Positions 18,196 to 27,373 of a DNA stretch of 64,000 nt are shown piece after piece; the stretch's first letter is position 1, and each line of letters begins with the position of its first letter. Under the pieces are notes generated by a model, which searched no databases, was not told the origin of the DNA, and was given only the letters and a program-made list of their open reading frames with translations. Position numbers and translations under genes: made by a program. The stretch comes from Faecousia sp. (GTDB lineage: Bacteria; Bacillota; Clostridia; Oscillospirales; Oscillospiraceae): contig JAZNIX010000036.1 in the NCBI GenBank assembly GCA_045577715.1, forward strand, positions 26,941 to 90,940. The letters run 5' to 3'.

Positions 18196-19263
18196 TTACA
18201 GAACTTCGGTAATGGTACCGCCGCCGATGACGAAATCTCCGTCGTAGAGGACAACCGCCTGTCCCGGTGTGATGGCCCGTTGGGGTTCGATAAATTCCAC
18301 CCGGGCAAAGCCGTCTGCCTCGGGGTAGACCCAGGCCGGCTGTTCTATTTGCCGGGAACGGGTCTTTGCCATGACCTGTAAGGGCGCATCCAATTGAGAA
18401 AAGGGCATCCAATTCCAGTCCTTGGCTCGCAGAATCCGGTGAAACAGCGCTTCGTTGGGCCCGAGGGTTACGGTGTTTTCTGCCATGTTTTTTTCACAGA
18501 CATACACCGGCTGTCCCATGGCCACCCCAAGTCCCTTTCTTTGCCCCAAAGTATAGCCTGCAGCACCCCGGTGGGTGCCAACCACGTTGCCGTTGGTGTC
18601 AAGAAACGCGCCGGGGGTGTAGGTTTTTCCGGTGTAGTGCTCCATAAAGGCCAGATAATCCCCATCCGGGATAAAACAGATATCCTGGGAATCCCGTTTT
18701 TTGGCATTGAGAAAATTCTGCGCCTGGGCAATTTGCCGCACTTCGTCCTTTTCCAACGCACCCAGGGGGAAACGAATATGTTTCATTTGATGCTGTGTTA
18801 AGCTGTAAAGGAAATAAGTCTGATCCTTTGCTTTATCTGCTGCTTTTTGAAGCAAATACCGTCCGGTGTCCGCATTTTTTGCAATTTGCGCATAGTGCCC
18901 GGTAACCAGGTATTCGCAGCCCAGCGCCAGAGCCTGCGCCAGCAAGGCATCAAATTTTAAGTGCCGGTTACAGTCAACACAGGGATTGGGTGTCAGCCCG
19001 CATTCATAGCACCGGACAAAATTTTCAATGACCTTCTCAGTAAATAAATCGGAAAAGGAGAATACATGGTAGGGGATTTCCAAACGCTGGGCAACTGCCC
19101 GGGCATCCGCCACGCTTTGGCCGGAGCCGCAGACGTCCTTGGGTTGCTTCGGCTCATAAAGACGCATGGTGCCGCCAATGCAGTCAAAGCCCTGCTTCAG
19201 CATCAGATATGCGGCCACAGAGCTGTCCACACCGCCGCTCATGGCGATGAGCGCCTTTGCCAT
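18196..19263 (-). CDS. mnmA: tRNA 2-thiouridine(34) synthase MnmA
   Basis: SGGVDS PP-loop, PNPCVDCN, TGHYA, KDQTYFL, DSQDICF and TPGQ. Confidence 0.96.
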   Translation of the reverse strand: MAKALIAMSGGVDSSVAAYLMLKQGFDCIGGTMRLYEPKQPKDVCGSGQSVADARAVAQRLEIPYHVFSFSDLFTEKVIENFVRCYECGLTPNPCVDCNRHLKFDALLAQALALGCEYLVTGHYAQIAKNADTGRYLLQKAADKAKDQTYFLYSLTQHQMKHIRFPLGALEKDEVRQIAQAQNFLNAKKRDSQDICFIPDGDYLAFMEHYTGKTYTPGAFLDTNGNVVGTHRGAAGYTLGQRKGLGVAMGQPVYVCEKNMAENTVTLGPNEALFHRILRAKDWNWMPFSQLDAPLQVMAKTRSRQIEQPAWVYPEADGFARVEFIEPQRAITPGQAVVLYDGDFVIGGGTITEVL

Positions 19264-19542
19264 ATAAAACTCCCCCTTTCGTTTTTTGTCAGTTTACCAT
19301 ACATCCCGGGGAAAAGCAAACGGTTTTGTGCCGATAATTGGTGCAAAATATTTCCAAATGTTATGTATATCAAATTATTTTCCAGAGAAATACAAGTATT
19401 TGCAGAAAACAAATAAGATAAACGAACTTTTACAGCAAAAAAGAAGTAACAGAATGTAACAAATGCCCATAACACCCTCTTGCAAAAAGCGACTGTTTCT
19501 GCTATAATACCCTCGATATTATTCTGGAAGGAGCACCCCGGC

Positions 19543-22116
19543 ATGAGAAAACGGCTGATTTGTGCCTTATTGACGTTAGTGATGCTGATTGGCGTCATTC
19601 CCTGTATTCCGTTGGTGGCGAAGGCAGAATCAAATATGACTGCATCCCAATCCTTAGTGGATTTGCTGAAGGCCTTTGAGGGCTTTCACGGTGCATGCTT
19701 TGTAGACACAAGTCAGAGGTCAGTAGGCTACGGTACTCGCTGTGATGTGTGCGACCCCAGCATGGAAGGGTACTTAGACCCAAACAGAAAATGTGCTGCT
19801 TATACAAAGGAAAACCCCATTAGCAAAGAGAAAGCGGAAACGCTGATGCGCAACTTCTTAAAGAGCTTTGAGTCCAGCTTGAACAAGATGATTGATAAGC
19901 ATAATCTGACATTGAACCAGCAGCAGTTTGATGCGCTTTTATCCCTTACCTATAATCTGGGCGGCGGCTGGACATATAATTACGGTGGCAGATACACCAC
20001 TTTATACAATGCGGTTACCAGCGGCGATACCGGTGCGAAGCTAGCTTATGCTGTGGGATTGTATAAAACCTCCGGCGGCGTTCCCTCTGTGGGGCATATC
20101 CACCGGCGGATGCTGGAGCTGCAGGTGTATTTTTACGGCATTTACGGAGTAGACCAGGTGTATAATTATAAGAAGTGGCCGGAAAAGGTGCGCTTTATTT
20201 ATCTGGATGGCAACGGCGGCAAGGTGGTAAACGATATTCATGCCTTTGACGTTGGTCATCCCACGGAAATTTTTTATGAATTTTCTCAAATTCCCACCGG
20301 TGTGGATGAAAACGGCAACCCCTTTACATACGAATTTGCCGGTTGGTTTACTGAGCGGGAGGGGGGCAAGCAGGTCACAAAGCTGACGGAGGCCCTGACC
20401 AACGGCTTGGTGCTTTACGCCCATTGGAAAAATCCTGCCGGTGAGGTGGTCACCCTGCCTGCGGATACAGGAACTGTGACGGATGCGGATGTTACGGTGG
20501 TAACAAATTCGTGGGATACACCTCTTTATGAGGGCCCCGGCAACTATTTTAGTGAAGTCAGAAGAATGACCGGTCAGGAGCAGTTGCACATTACTAAGGT
20601 CACCACCGGTAAGGATGGCAAGCTTTGGGGACGGAGCGTTGACGGTTGGGTTCTGCTTTCCGCGACCAATTACGATTCTGTAAAGCCTGCGCCGGAACCG
20701 GACACCGCAGAGGGAACTTGGTATAAGGTGAAGGTTGACGTTGTCAATGTGAGAACGGAACATTCAACTGAAAATGATAAGAATATCAAATATACAAAAG
20801 TGTTTGATGATAGAATAAAGATTGTTGAAACCTATAACGAGATGCAGGGAGAGAGCATCTTAAGAATTTGGGGAAAGCTTACGGATGGCAACTGGATTTG
20901 CATGAAGAATGGAGAAAAAGACTATGTTGCAGTGGATTCCAATCAGGACAATTCTTCCGGCGGCTCCCAGACTACCCCGGTCACAGGGGATACGGTGTGT
21001 GCCATTACCTTGGTCTCAGCGCCCACCAGAAGGAAGTACGAGCTGAATGACCATTGGGTATACCCGGACTTGACTGGCGGTGTTATCAGGGTGCATTACA
21101 ACCCCAATGCCTATAAAAATAAAGAAGTACCCATTACAAGGTCCATGATCAGCGGCTTTGATATTTCGAAAGAAGGGGTTCAGACCATAACCGTTACCTG
21201 TAGCGGAAATACAGTCACTTTTCAGGTGCAGGTGGTGGAAACCATCGTCACATCCGTTGCGGTGCAGAAGCTGCCCACAAAGACCCAATATGTGCAAAAC
21301 GGCAAGGAAACCCTGGACCTGACCGGTGGTACGCTGCTGGTGTCCTACAACGACGGAACGACAGCAGAAATTCCCATGACGGGTGACATGGTTGCCTCTT
21401 TTGACAATACCCAGCTGGGCACCACCAAGGTGGGACTGAAATACGAGGATTGCACCACGGAGTTTCAGGTGACAATCGTTGCCCCGGAGCTAAGCTCCAT
21501 TTCTATTGGGGCGTTGCCTGCAAAGACAGCGTACTTGCATAAGCTGGAGGCTTTGGATGTAACCGGAGGCGTGTTGCAGGTGAACTATACCGGCGGAATC
21601 ACAGAAACGGTCAACCTTACACCGGAAATGGTCACCGGTTTTGACAATGCGGTTTTGGGGGCGCAAACCTTGACGGTGAGCCATCTGGGAATGACAACCA
21701 CCTTCTCCGTAGAAATCAAAAAGCTGACGGTGGTATTTAAGAATTTTGACGGAAGCATCATAAGCAGTGCCGAGTATGCCTACGGTGAAAAGGTAAGCGC
21801 CCCGGCAGACCCCACAAGACCGGCAGATAGCAAGGGTGAATATGAATTTTCCGGCTGGAATCAGCCCATTGTGGACTGCACCGCAAATGCGGAATACATT
21901 GCTGTGTACGCTCTGAAATATCCTGTAGGGGATGTTGACCGAAATATGACGGTAAATGAAGACGATGCTATCTATTTACTGCGGCATGTGTTGACACCGG
22001 AGGGATATCCCATTGCCTGTTCGCCGGATTATAATCAGGATGGCAAAGTAAATGAAGACGATGCCATTTACTTACTGCGGCACGTGCTATCGCCGGATAT
22101 CTATCCGCTTGCATAA
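19543..22116 (+). CDS. Secreted multidomain muramidase: GH24-like lysozyme, InlB B-repeat-like, SH3b-like domains, three Ig-like repeats and C-terminal dockerin
   Basis: Signal peptide. FEG-x7-D-x4-SVGYG and QQQFDALLSLTYNLG (GH24). FAGWFT...LYAHW repeat. Three P-x-K/R-x2-Y...LDLTGG repeats. Duplicated Ca-binding loop-helix GDVDRNMTVNEDDAIYLLRHVL / DYNQDGKVNEDDAIYLLRHVL. Confidence 0.8.
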   Translation: MRKRLICALLTLVMLIGVIPCIPLVAKAESNMTASQSLVDLLKAFEGFHGACFVDTSQRSVGYGTRCDVCDPSMEGYLDPNRKCAAYTKENPISKEKAETLMRNFLKSFESSLNKMIDKHNLTLNQQQFDALLSLTYNLGGGWTYNYGGRYTTLYNAVTSGDTGAKLAYAVGLYKTSGGVPSVGHIHRRMLELQVYFYGIYGVDQVYNYKKWPEKVRFIYLDGNGGKVVNDIHAFDVGHPTEIFYEFSQIPTGVDENGNPFTYEFAGWFTEREGGKQVTKLTEALTNGLVLYAHWKNPAGEVVTLPADTGTVTDADVTVVTNSWDTPLYEGPGNYFSEVRRMTGQEQLHITKVTTGKDGKLWGRSVDGWVLLSATNYDSVKPAPEPDTAEGTWYKVKVDVVNVRTEHSTENDKNIKYTKVFDDRIKIVETYNEMQGESILRIWGKLTDGNWICMKNGEKDYVAVDSNQDNSSGGSQTTPVTGDTVCAITLVSAPTRRKYELNDHWVYPDLTGGVIRVHYNPNAYKNKEVPITRSMISGFDISKEGVQTITVTCSGNTVTFQVQVVETIVTSVAVQKLPTKTQYVQNGKETLDLTGGTLLVSYNDGTTAEIPMTGDMVASFDNTQLGTTKVGLKYEDCTTEFQVTIVAPELSSISIGALPAKTAYLHKLEALDVTGGVLQVNYTGGITETVNLTPEMVTGFDNAVLGAQTLTVSHLGMTTTFSVEIKKLTVVFKNFDGSIISSAEYAYGEKVSAPADPTRPADSKGEYEFSGWNQPIVDCTANAEYIAVYALKYPVGDVDRNMTVNEDDAIYLLRHVLTPEGYPIACSPDYNQDGKVNEDDAIYLLRHVLSPDIYPLA

Positions 22117-22134
22117 GAAAATGTAGGAGAAATT

Positions 22135-23397
22135 ATGAAAAAGGTTTTATTGTTTTGTTTGATGCTACTTATGGTAGCCTGTCTTGCGCTTCCTGCTTAT
22201 GCGGCAGGGGGGGCAAGCTATATCACCTCAAAAACCACCGTTTATCGGGGGGATGAATTTACCGTTGCTATCTTTGTTTCCGGATTTTCCTCCAGTAAAT
22301 CGGGCAAAGTCCAGAGTATTTCCTATGACAGCAGTCAATTCCAGTTTGTTTCCGGCGAATGGATGGATGCTGTTTCCAGTGCAATGATCAAAGCCCCCTA
22401 CGATGGCAATACAGCGGTGTTTAGCTTTACATCCCCTCAAAAAATTTACGGAAATCTGTTCAAAATGCGCTTTAAGGTCAAGGATGGCGCGAGTTTGAAT
22501 AAGACAAGCAATATTTCTGTGACCCTAAGCATTGACGGTCAAACAGTGAAATTTGATAACACCGCGAAAGTGACCGTGGCCTGCAATCATAAATACAGCG
22601 AGTGGAAAAGCGTAGGGGAATCCGGCCACAGCCGCAGCTGCAGCATTTGCGGAACTAAGGACTCCGGCTCTCACGTTTTTGACCATGACTGTGATACAGA
22701 GTGCAATGCCTGCGGCGAAACCCGGGAAACCAGCCACGTTTTTGAGGAAGTGTGGGTCGGAGATGAAACCGGGCATTGGCATGAATGCGTGAATTGCAAG
22801 GAAAAGACCGAACTGGAAGTCCACGTGCCTGGCCCGGAAGCCGGGGAGTATACCGACCAGGTTTGTACGGTGTGTAATTTTGTGATTGTTCCTGCTCTGG
22901 GCCATCAGCATAAGTATGACACTACCTATCAGCAGGACGAAGATATGCACTGGCAGCTGTGCACAGGCTGCGGCGAGGCAACGGAGCAAGAAGCCCACAG
23001 CTATGACAGCGACTGTGACGAATTCTGCAATGTCTGTAATTATCAGCGATTGGTACGGCACAATATCAGTGATGATTGGAAAGGTGACGACAATCAGCAC
23101 TGGAAAGAATGTGCCGACTGTAATTCCAAGCTGGATGCCGGCAACCATATTTGGGACGGCGGCACAGTGACGGAGCAGCCTGCACTGAACCAAGAAGGAA
23201 AGATTGTCTACACCTGCGGCGTGTGCCAGCAGGAGCGCTACGGCACAGTGCCGGCACTGACCGTTCTGGAAGTGATTCCCTGGTGGGGCTGGCTTTGCGC
23301 CGGCTTCGGCGGCGGAGCAATCCTTACGGCTGCTGTTTTTTGGATTGTAATTGCATCCAAATCCAAGAACAACGGCAAGGGTAGATTCAGCGGTTAA
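22135..23397 (+). CDS. Membrane-anchored cohesin-like protein with His/Cys-rich repeat stalk
   Basis: Signal peptide. Cohesin-like pattern VYRGDEFTV...SYDSSQFQFVS...GNLFKMRFKVK. Repeated HW-x2-C-x2-C...H units. C-terminal TM helix and basic tail. Confidence 0.7.
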   Translation: MKKVLLFCLMLLMVACLALPAYAAGGASYITSKTTVYRGDEFTVAIFVSGFSSSKSGKVQSISYDSSQFQFVSGEWMDAVSSAMIKAPYDGNTAVFSFTSPQKIYGNLFKMRFKVKDGASLNKTSNISVTLSIDGQTVKFDNTAKVTVACNHKYSEWKSVGESGHSRSCSICGTKDSGSHVFDHDCDTECNACGETRETSHVFEEVWVGDETGHWHECVNCKEKTELEVHVPGPEAGEYTDQVCTVCNFVIVPALGHQHKYDTTYQQDEDMHWQLCTGCGEATEQEAHSYDSDCDEFCNVCNYQRLVRHNISDDWKGDDNQHWKECADCNSKLDAGNHIWDGGTVTEQPALNQEGKIVYTCGVCQQERYGTVPALTVLEVIPWWGWLCAGFGGGAILTAAVFWIVIASKSKNNGKGRFSG

Positions 23398-23412
23398 TCC
23401 AATTTCATAGCT

Positions 23413-23446
23413 ACGCCCGAAAGCAGAGTTGCTTTCGGGCGTGTTT
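23413..23446 (+). terminator. Intrinsic terminator of the lysozyme-cohesin operon
   Basis: acgcccgaaagca-gagt-tgctttcgggcgt followed by gttt. Confidence 0.7.
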
Positions 23447-23452
23447 GTATAA

Positions 23453-23500
23453 AGAAAACCCAGAAACCGTTGCGGTTTCTGGGTTTTTGTGATTCTAAAT
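23453..23500. repeat. 48 bp direct repeat, left copy (contains a terminator hairpin), flanking an AT-rich island
   Basis: Matches 25256-25303 at 44 of 48 positions. Confidence 0.85.
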
Positions 23501-23519
23501 CAGTTCGACATATTGGAAT

Positions 23520-24113
23520 TTATCGCTGCGGTTTTCTGTTTATTAATCTTTTTTGTAGCGCGAGATTTAATCCGAGCAGAAAAACGATGATACACACCCC
23601 GGAACCAGTTGCGACATTCATGATACGAATTTCTATTTCCGACATTCCCTCAAAGGAAACAAGCATAGACCTTTGCAGAGAAAATATAGAAACAAAGGCA
23701 TCGGCAAAGGATATGTTTCGTAATGTTATCAATTTCACCGATTTGCTTTTTCGTGCCTTTATCCATTTTATTGTTGCGAGTGTGATTTTGGTAAAAGCAT
23801 ATACTGCAATCGCAAGCATAGCTATCAAATGAAATACTGTACCTCTATCTTTTACAAAAGCAAGGATGACTGTTCCAACGAGCGACAGGGATAACACCAT
23901 CAACATGATTCCAGTAAACTGAATGACAAAGCGTTTCTTGCCTTTGTGTCTAAGAACGACAAAACGAACAATGCTCAATATTGCATAATATATACCGATT
24001 GAGAAGAACCACCACGAGTGTGTTGCTATGCCAAAAATAATGTGATAGGCACTATACACCATATTGAATAACAAACTGACAAGAGCGAGTTTCAGTGTCC
24101 TATCCATTCGCAT
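23520..24113 (-). CDS. Hypothetical integral membrane protein (AT-rich island)
   Basis: About 5-6 hydrophobic segments; overlaps the end of the TetR gene. Confidence 0.7.
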   Translation of the reverse strand: MRMDRTLKLALVSLLFNMVYSAYHIIFGIATHSWWFFSIGIYYAILSIVRFVVLRHKGKKRFVIQFTGIMLMVLSLSLVGTVILAFVKDRGTVFHLIAMLAIAVYAFTKITLATIKWIKARKSKSVKLITLRNISFADAFVSIFSLQRSMLVSFEGMSEIEIRIMNVATGSGVCIIVFLLGLNLALQKRLINRKPQR

Positions 24114-24696
24114 TATCTTTCCCGTAAATACAGATGGCGATTATTTTGGATAATTCGTCAGTTGACTTGTCACACTCATTTTTTAACCATTCAACAATTA
24201 TGGCGTTGATACCGTTTAGGTAGTACATCATCACATATTGTCTAACGTCTGATGGATAGTGAAATCTTTCCAAAATCGGATTGAATATGTGTTCAAACAT
24301 TCGCTTATACACATCTTCAAATCCTAAAATTTTATTTTGTGCCAATGCAACCTTAAATACTTCTTTGTGGTCTTTGATATAGGTGAAATATGGTGTTAGA
24401 TACTTATCGCAAATAAACACCAATTCATTAAGTTCACAGTCCTTAAGATTGAGCGCTATTGACTGTGTATCGGTTGAAAAATATGACAAAAACCCATCTA
24501 ACAAGTATCGTGTTGTTTCATTTAGCAAATCGCCGATGGTTTCATAATGCAAGTAAAAGGTGGAGCGATTTACCCCTGCTGTTTTGCAAATCTCACTAAC
24601 AGTAATATATTCAAACGGTTTCTTTTTCAGCAAGGAAATCAATGCAAGGTCCATTTTCGTGGCAGTATTAAAATATTTGCTTTCGGATTTATTCAT
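24100..24696 (-). CDS. TetR/AcrR family transcriptional regulator
   Basis: ITVSEICKTAGVNRSTFYLHY HTH. Confidence 0.9.
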   Translation of the reverse strand: MNKSESKYFNTATKMDLALISLLKKKPFEYITVSEICKTAGVNRSTFYLHYETIGDLLNETTRYLLDGFLSYFSTDTQSIALNLKDCELNELVFICDKYLTPYFTYIKDHKEVFKVALAQNKILGFEDVYKRMFEHIFNPILERFHYPSDVRQYVMMYYLNGINAIIVEWLKNECDKSTDELSKIIAICIYGKDNANG

Positions 24697-24720
24697 ATTA
24701 CCACTCCTTGCAGGTTTGGA

Positions 24721-25062
24721 TTATTTGTCTGCGATTTCACGGGCGAGTTGCACAATTTCATAGGCATATTTTGCCTTGCCCTTTTCAAGCAATTTCTTAT
24801 ATATCGGATAATTCACACCGCAACCAATAAGCCCAACGATACCGACAACGATACCAAGCACCATGCTGTTTCCGATAACTTGCATTGCCAGGGACATACC
24901 TGTACCGAAAACGAGTGCAAATACAATGCCCCAAGAGTAAGTGAAAATAGTGGCAGGGAGTTTTGCACGGCTATCCAGTTTTTTCAGGGCAACAATTTTT
25001 GAGTCCTCTTTCGGTGCATAGTCTTTTGCGATTGATTCTGCTAAAATTTTATCTGTGTTCAT
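24721..25062 (-). CDS. Small two-TM membrane protein of unknown function
   Basis: Strong RBS (aggagg), two TM helices, charged termini. Confidence 0.75.
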   Translation of the reverse strand: MNTDKILAESIAKDYAPKEDSKIVALKKLDSRAKLPATIFTYSWGIVFALVFGTGMSLAMQVIGNSMVLGIVVGIVGLIGCGVNYPIYKKLLEKGKAKYAYEIVQLAREIADK

Positions 25063-25255
25063 ATTAAGAACCTCCTTTTTGATTTTACAGTAATATTTTA
25101 CTGTTCAAAAAGGAGGAATTGAACAACATAACTTTTTAAATCTGTTGATTTCTATAAGATAAATGTATAGGTGAGTTTATTATAGCGAATGTGGATGATG
25201 ATTTCAATACTTCAAAATGCTATGAATAAAACAGTTGCGTCAAATAAGAGATTGC

Positions 25256-25303
25256 AGAAAACCCAGAAACCATTGCGGTTTCTGGGCTTTTGTAATTCCA
25301 AAT
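25256..25303. repeat. 48 bp direct repeat, right copy (terminator hairpin)
   Basis: Matches 23453-23500 at 44 of 48 positions. Confidence 0.85.
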
Positions 25304-25311
25304 GAGAAGTA

Positions 25312-25535
25312 GATTAACTCTTGGAGAACTGGGGAGCGCGACGGGCGGCCTTTCGTCGTCGCAAGCTCCATATCATTTGCTTCCGGCTGTTTGCCGAAAG
25401 CGTATTCATTACGCTGCTCCTCCTCTCCCCACAAGGCAGGCCTTGTGGGGTCCCCGGAGTATGACGGCTTGAAGGCCTACCCCTCGCAAAAAAGGAACCA
25501 CCCTCGGGTGGTTCCTTGTAAACATCGAAGCTTCC
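25312..25535 (-). mobile_element. Non-coding mini-insertion at the rpsI 3' end: duplicated 41 bp rpsI end, hairpin core and inverted target copy
   Basis: 25312-25352 equals 25536-25576 (40/41). 25464-25477 is the reverse complement of 25571-25584. Three hairpins lie between them. Confidence 0.65.
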
Positions 25536-25537
25536 GA

Positions 25538-25942
25538 TTATCTCTTGGAGAACTGGGGAGCGCGACGGGCGGCCTTCAAGCCGTACTTCTTTCTTTCCTT
25601 CATTCTGGGGTCGCGGGTCAGGAAACCGGCGGCCTTCAGAGTGGCGCGGTACTCGGGGTTTACACCCAGCAGAGCCCGGGAAATGCCGTGGCGGATTGCG
25701 CCGGCCTGACCGGAAACGCCGCCGCCGGCAACGGTGACAACCACGTCCACCTTACCAACCATATCGGTGGCCAGCAGGGGCTGATTGACGATCAGCTTCA
25801 GGGTATCCAGACCAAAGTAGTCGTTGATATCCCGGCCGTTGATGATGATGGAACCGTTGCCGTTCTCATATACGCGGACACGGGCAACGCTGGACTTCCG
25901 GCGGCCGGTGCCGTAAAAATACTTCTTCTTGCTCTCGTACAT
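25538..25942 (-). CDS. rpsI: 30S ribosomal protein S9
   Basis: [27 protein letters not shown] and C-terminal QFSKR. Confidence 0.98.
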   Translation of the reverse strand: MYESKKKYFYGTGRRKSSVARVRVYENGNGSIIINGRDINDYFGLDTLKLIVNQPLLATDMVGKVDVVVTVAGGGVSGQAGAIRHGISRALLGVNPEYRATLKAAGFLTRDPRMKERKKYGLKAARRAPQFSKR

Positions 25943-25958
25943 AGTCAGTTACCTCCAA

Positions 25959-26390
25959 TTAGTCCAGGGTCCAAGCAACCGGCTGCTGAGCAGCATGGGG
26001 ATGCTCGTTGCCCTTATACAGGTGCAGACGGGTCAGGGCGTTGCGGCCAATGGAATTCTTGGGAAGCATACCCTTGACAGCCAGCTCCATGGCGTAGTCG
26101 GAGCGATTTTCCATCATCACGCGAGCCTTGGTTTCCTTCAGACCGCCGATCCAACCGGTAACACGGTAGTAAATCTTCTGGTCGGCCTTGTTGCCGGTGA
26201 GAATGGCCTTGTCGGTGTTGATGACAATGACGAAATCGCCACAGTCAACGTTGGGGGTGAAATCGACCTTGTGCTTGCCACGCAGCAGGTTAGCGACAGT
26301 AACAGCGGTGCGGCCCAGAGGCTTGCCGGCTGCGTCGATAACATACCACTTGCGCTCCAGGGTCTCTTTCTTCAAAAGAGTAGTGGACAT
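25959..26390 (-). CDS. rplM: 50S ribosomal protein L13
   Basis: WYVIDA...LGR, GKHK...DCGDFVIVIN, GMLPKN and HPHAAQQP. Confidence 0.98.
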   Translation of the reverse strand: MSTTLLKKETLERKWYVIDAAGKPLGRTAVTVANLLRGKHKVDFTPNVDCGDFVIVINTDKAILTGNKADQKIYYRVTGWIGGLKETKARVMMENRSDYAMELAVKGMLPKNSIGRNALTRLHLYKGNEHPHAAQQPVAWTLD

Positions 26391-26612
26391 GATATTTCCT
26401 CCAATAGGTAAAATATTTTGACAAACAGACGTACATACAGTACAATGTCTTCAAATCGCCTTACATATATATCACATTAAAAAACCAATGTCAAGCGGTT
26501 TTTTGATAAAATTTATGAAATACGGCATAAGCTCTGAAATTCGCAGAAATACTCGCAAATACTCTGAAATACGAATGTATCATTTTTATAGAAATAAGGA
26601 GGAAATCCAACT

Positions 26613-27347
26613 ATGCAAAGGCTAATGGGTTTGGTCCGCCGCTGTGTGGAGGACTACCGTATGATACAGCCGGGTGACCGCATCGCCGTGGGCGTGTCCG
26701 GCGGCAAGGATTCTCTGGTGCTGCTGCAGCTTCTGGCCGGTTTGCGGCAGTATTCCCGGTTCGAACTGGAGGCCGTGACCATCGATATGGGCTTGGGGAT
26801 GGATTATTCTCCGGTGGCTGCATTTTGCGAAAATTTACAGGTGCCCTATACGCTGGTGAAAACAGAAATCGGCCCGATTATTTTTGACCACCGCAAGGAA
26901 AAGAATCCTTGCTCCATGTGCGCAAAAATGCGCCGGGGCGCGCTGAATCAAGCCATTTTAGACCGGGGAATCCGGAAAATCGCCCTGGGTCACCATTTTG
27001 ATGATGCAGTGGAGACCTTTTTGATGTCACTGATTTATGAAGGGCGCATCAGTTGCTTCCAGCCGGTGACGGATTTAGACAGAACCGGCGTGATTCAAAT
27101 TCGCCCTATGCTGTACCTTCATGAAAAGACCGTGGATAATTTTGCGAAGCGGATGGAACTTCCGGTGGTGGAAAACCGCTGTCCTGTAGATAAGCATACC
27201 AAACGGGAGGAAATCAAGAATTTGGTCTTTACGTTAAGTCAGACCTACCCGGATTTGAAAGAACGTGTTTTTGGGGCGATGCAACGGCTCCCCCTGCCGG
27301 AATGGGAGCCTAAGGGTCGATACCAACGGCCGAAGGATGAGGAATAA
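26613..27347 (+). CDS. TtcA-like tRNA 2-thiocytidine biosynthesis protein (PP-loop)
   Basis: SGGKDS, CSMC, GHHFDD and IRPM. Confidence 0.85.
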   Translation: MQRLMGLVRRCVEDYRMIQPGDRIAVGVSGGKDSLVLLQLLAGLRQYSRFELEAVTIDMGLGMDYSPVAAFCENLQVPYTLVKTEIGPIIFDHRKEKNPCSMCAKMRRGALNQAILDRGIRKIALGHHFDDAVETFLMSLIYEGRISCFQPVTDLDRTGVIQIRPMLYLHEKTVDNFAKRMELPVVENRCPVDKHTKREEIKNLVFTLSQTYPDLKERVFGAMQRLPLPEWEPKGRYQRPKDEE

Positions 27348-27373
27348 GAAAAGCCGCCCGGCTGGGCGGCTTT

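Noticed and set aside
19445-19461. WalR-like direct repeat agtaac-agaa-tgtaac upstream of the lysozyme gene (similar element near 60139-60154)
   Set aside because: Half-site spacing is 4 nt rather than the 5 nt of the WalR consensus, and the matches are weak in AT-rich DNA.
25240-25434. 64 aa minus-strand ORF (MWGEEEQRNE...)
   Set aside because: It runs through the hairpin core, the duplicated rpsI end and a terminator, so it is best explained as a chance frame in a structured repeat.
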